This document shows positions 54,433 to 54,845 of a DNA stretch of 54,845 nucleotides, piece after piece (the stretch's first letter is position 1; each line of letters opens with the position of its first letter). The stretch is from a virus (lineage: Duplodnaviria > Caudoviricetes). The notes under the pieces were generated by a model. That model did no database searches, had not been told where the DNA came from, and saw nothing but the letters and a program-made list of their open reading frames with translations. The stretch lies in IMG/VR virus record IMGVR_UViG_3300048848_000077, positions 1 to 54,845 of that record; one strand, given 5' to 3'. The translations under genes and the position numbers were made by a program.

Positions 54433-54845
54433 TCGGTAATCCTAATGACTGAAGCCGGAGAGCCGGTATTCGGACTACCGGCCTCGGAGCAATCGTCATG
54501 CGATCTGGACAAATCGCCTAGGCACGGCGTTTGGATGCAGCGCCGACGGCGGTCGGTTAGCCCATCGTTATCCGCTGCGAACTGTGCTATGACTAGGGGT
54601 GAGGCAGTTCACTAAAGTGCGAGCGCGCTTGGGTCCACTTCGCCTTTATTCGCGTGCATAGTGCGAGGCGTCCAGGCATCCATACCAGATGCATTTAAAG
54701 CGGCGGTGATTTGGACCCACAGCACAGCACTCAGGCATCTTTCCATCTAACCTCTGTTATGCCGAACCGCTCCGCTTTCGGTTTACATAGCTTTATTACG
54801 GGTTCACGCCGATATTTTGGTATCTCTCCAAAACCAGCATCGACA

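Noticed and set aside
1-54845. CRISPR array, retron/DGR or other reverse-transcriptase system
   Set aside because: No regularly spaced repeat-spacer array and no RT (YxDD) or cas ORF seen

Overview
The window is essentially one ~53-kb lambdoid (HK97/D3-like, siphovirus-type) prophage, with Pseudomonas-like gene content, inserted in a tRNA-Pro(GGG) gene at the left edge. A 22-bp att core at 32-53 is repeated at 53368-53389. Gene order: int-xis; leftward early operon (cupin, C5 and N4/N6 DNA methyltransferases, many small oppositely oriented morons); immunity region (OL/OR operators, cI, cro, cII-like, Rha/KilAC antirepressor); replication and nin-like genes including a second intact tyrosine recombinase; Q-like antiterminator; holin and spanins; HNH/terminase/portal/ClpP/capsid; long-tail genes with a -1 frameshift chaperone and 2172-aa tape measure; beta-propeller fibre; a stand-alone endolysin; SGNH esterase; a LexA-boxed SOS module; then an IetA/IetS-like AAA ATPase + subtilase defence cassette bracketed by a cryptic tRNA-Thr att remnant and the tRNA-Pro att core. 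The best candidate for an undescribed system is a two-gene cassette in the rexAB-equivalent slot directly behind cI: a Pol-beta-type nucleotidyltransferase (DUF6932-like) overlapping a 300-aa unknown partner. Other leads are a DUF6864-like + 2-TM moron, a cupin beside two methyltransferases, two structured non-coding leaders (one with an SD-ATG-AAG-TAG minigene), a Gp49/Acb4-like sponge and several unannotated small lipoproteins. All family assignments come from motif recognition by eye; no database searches were run.
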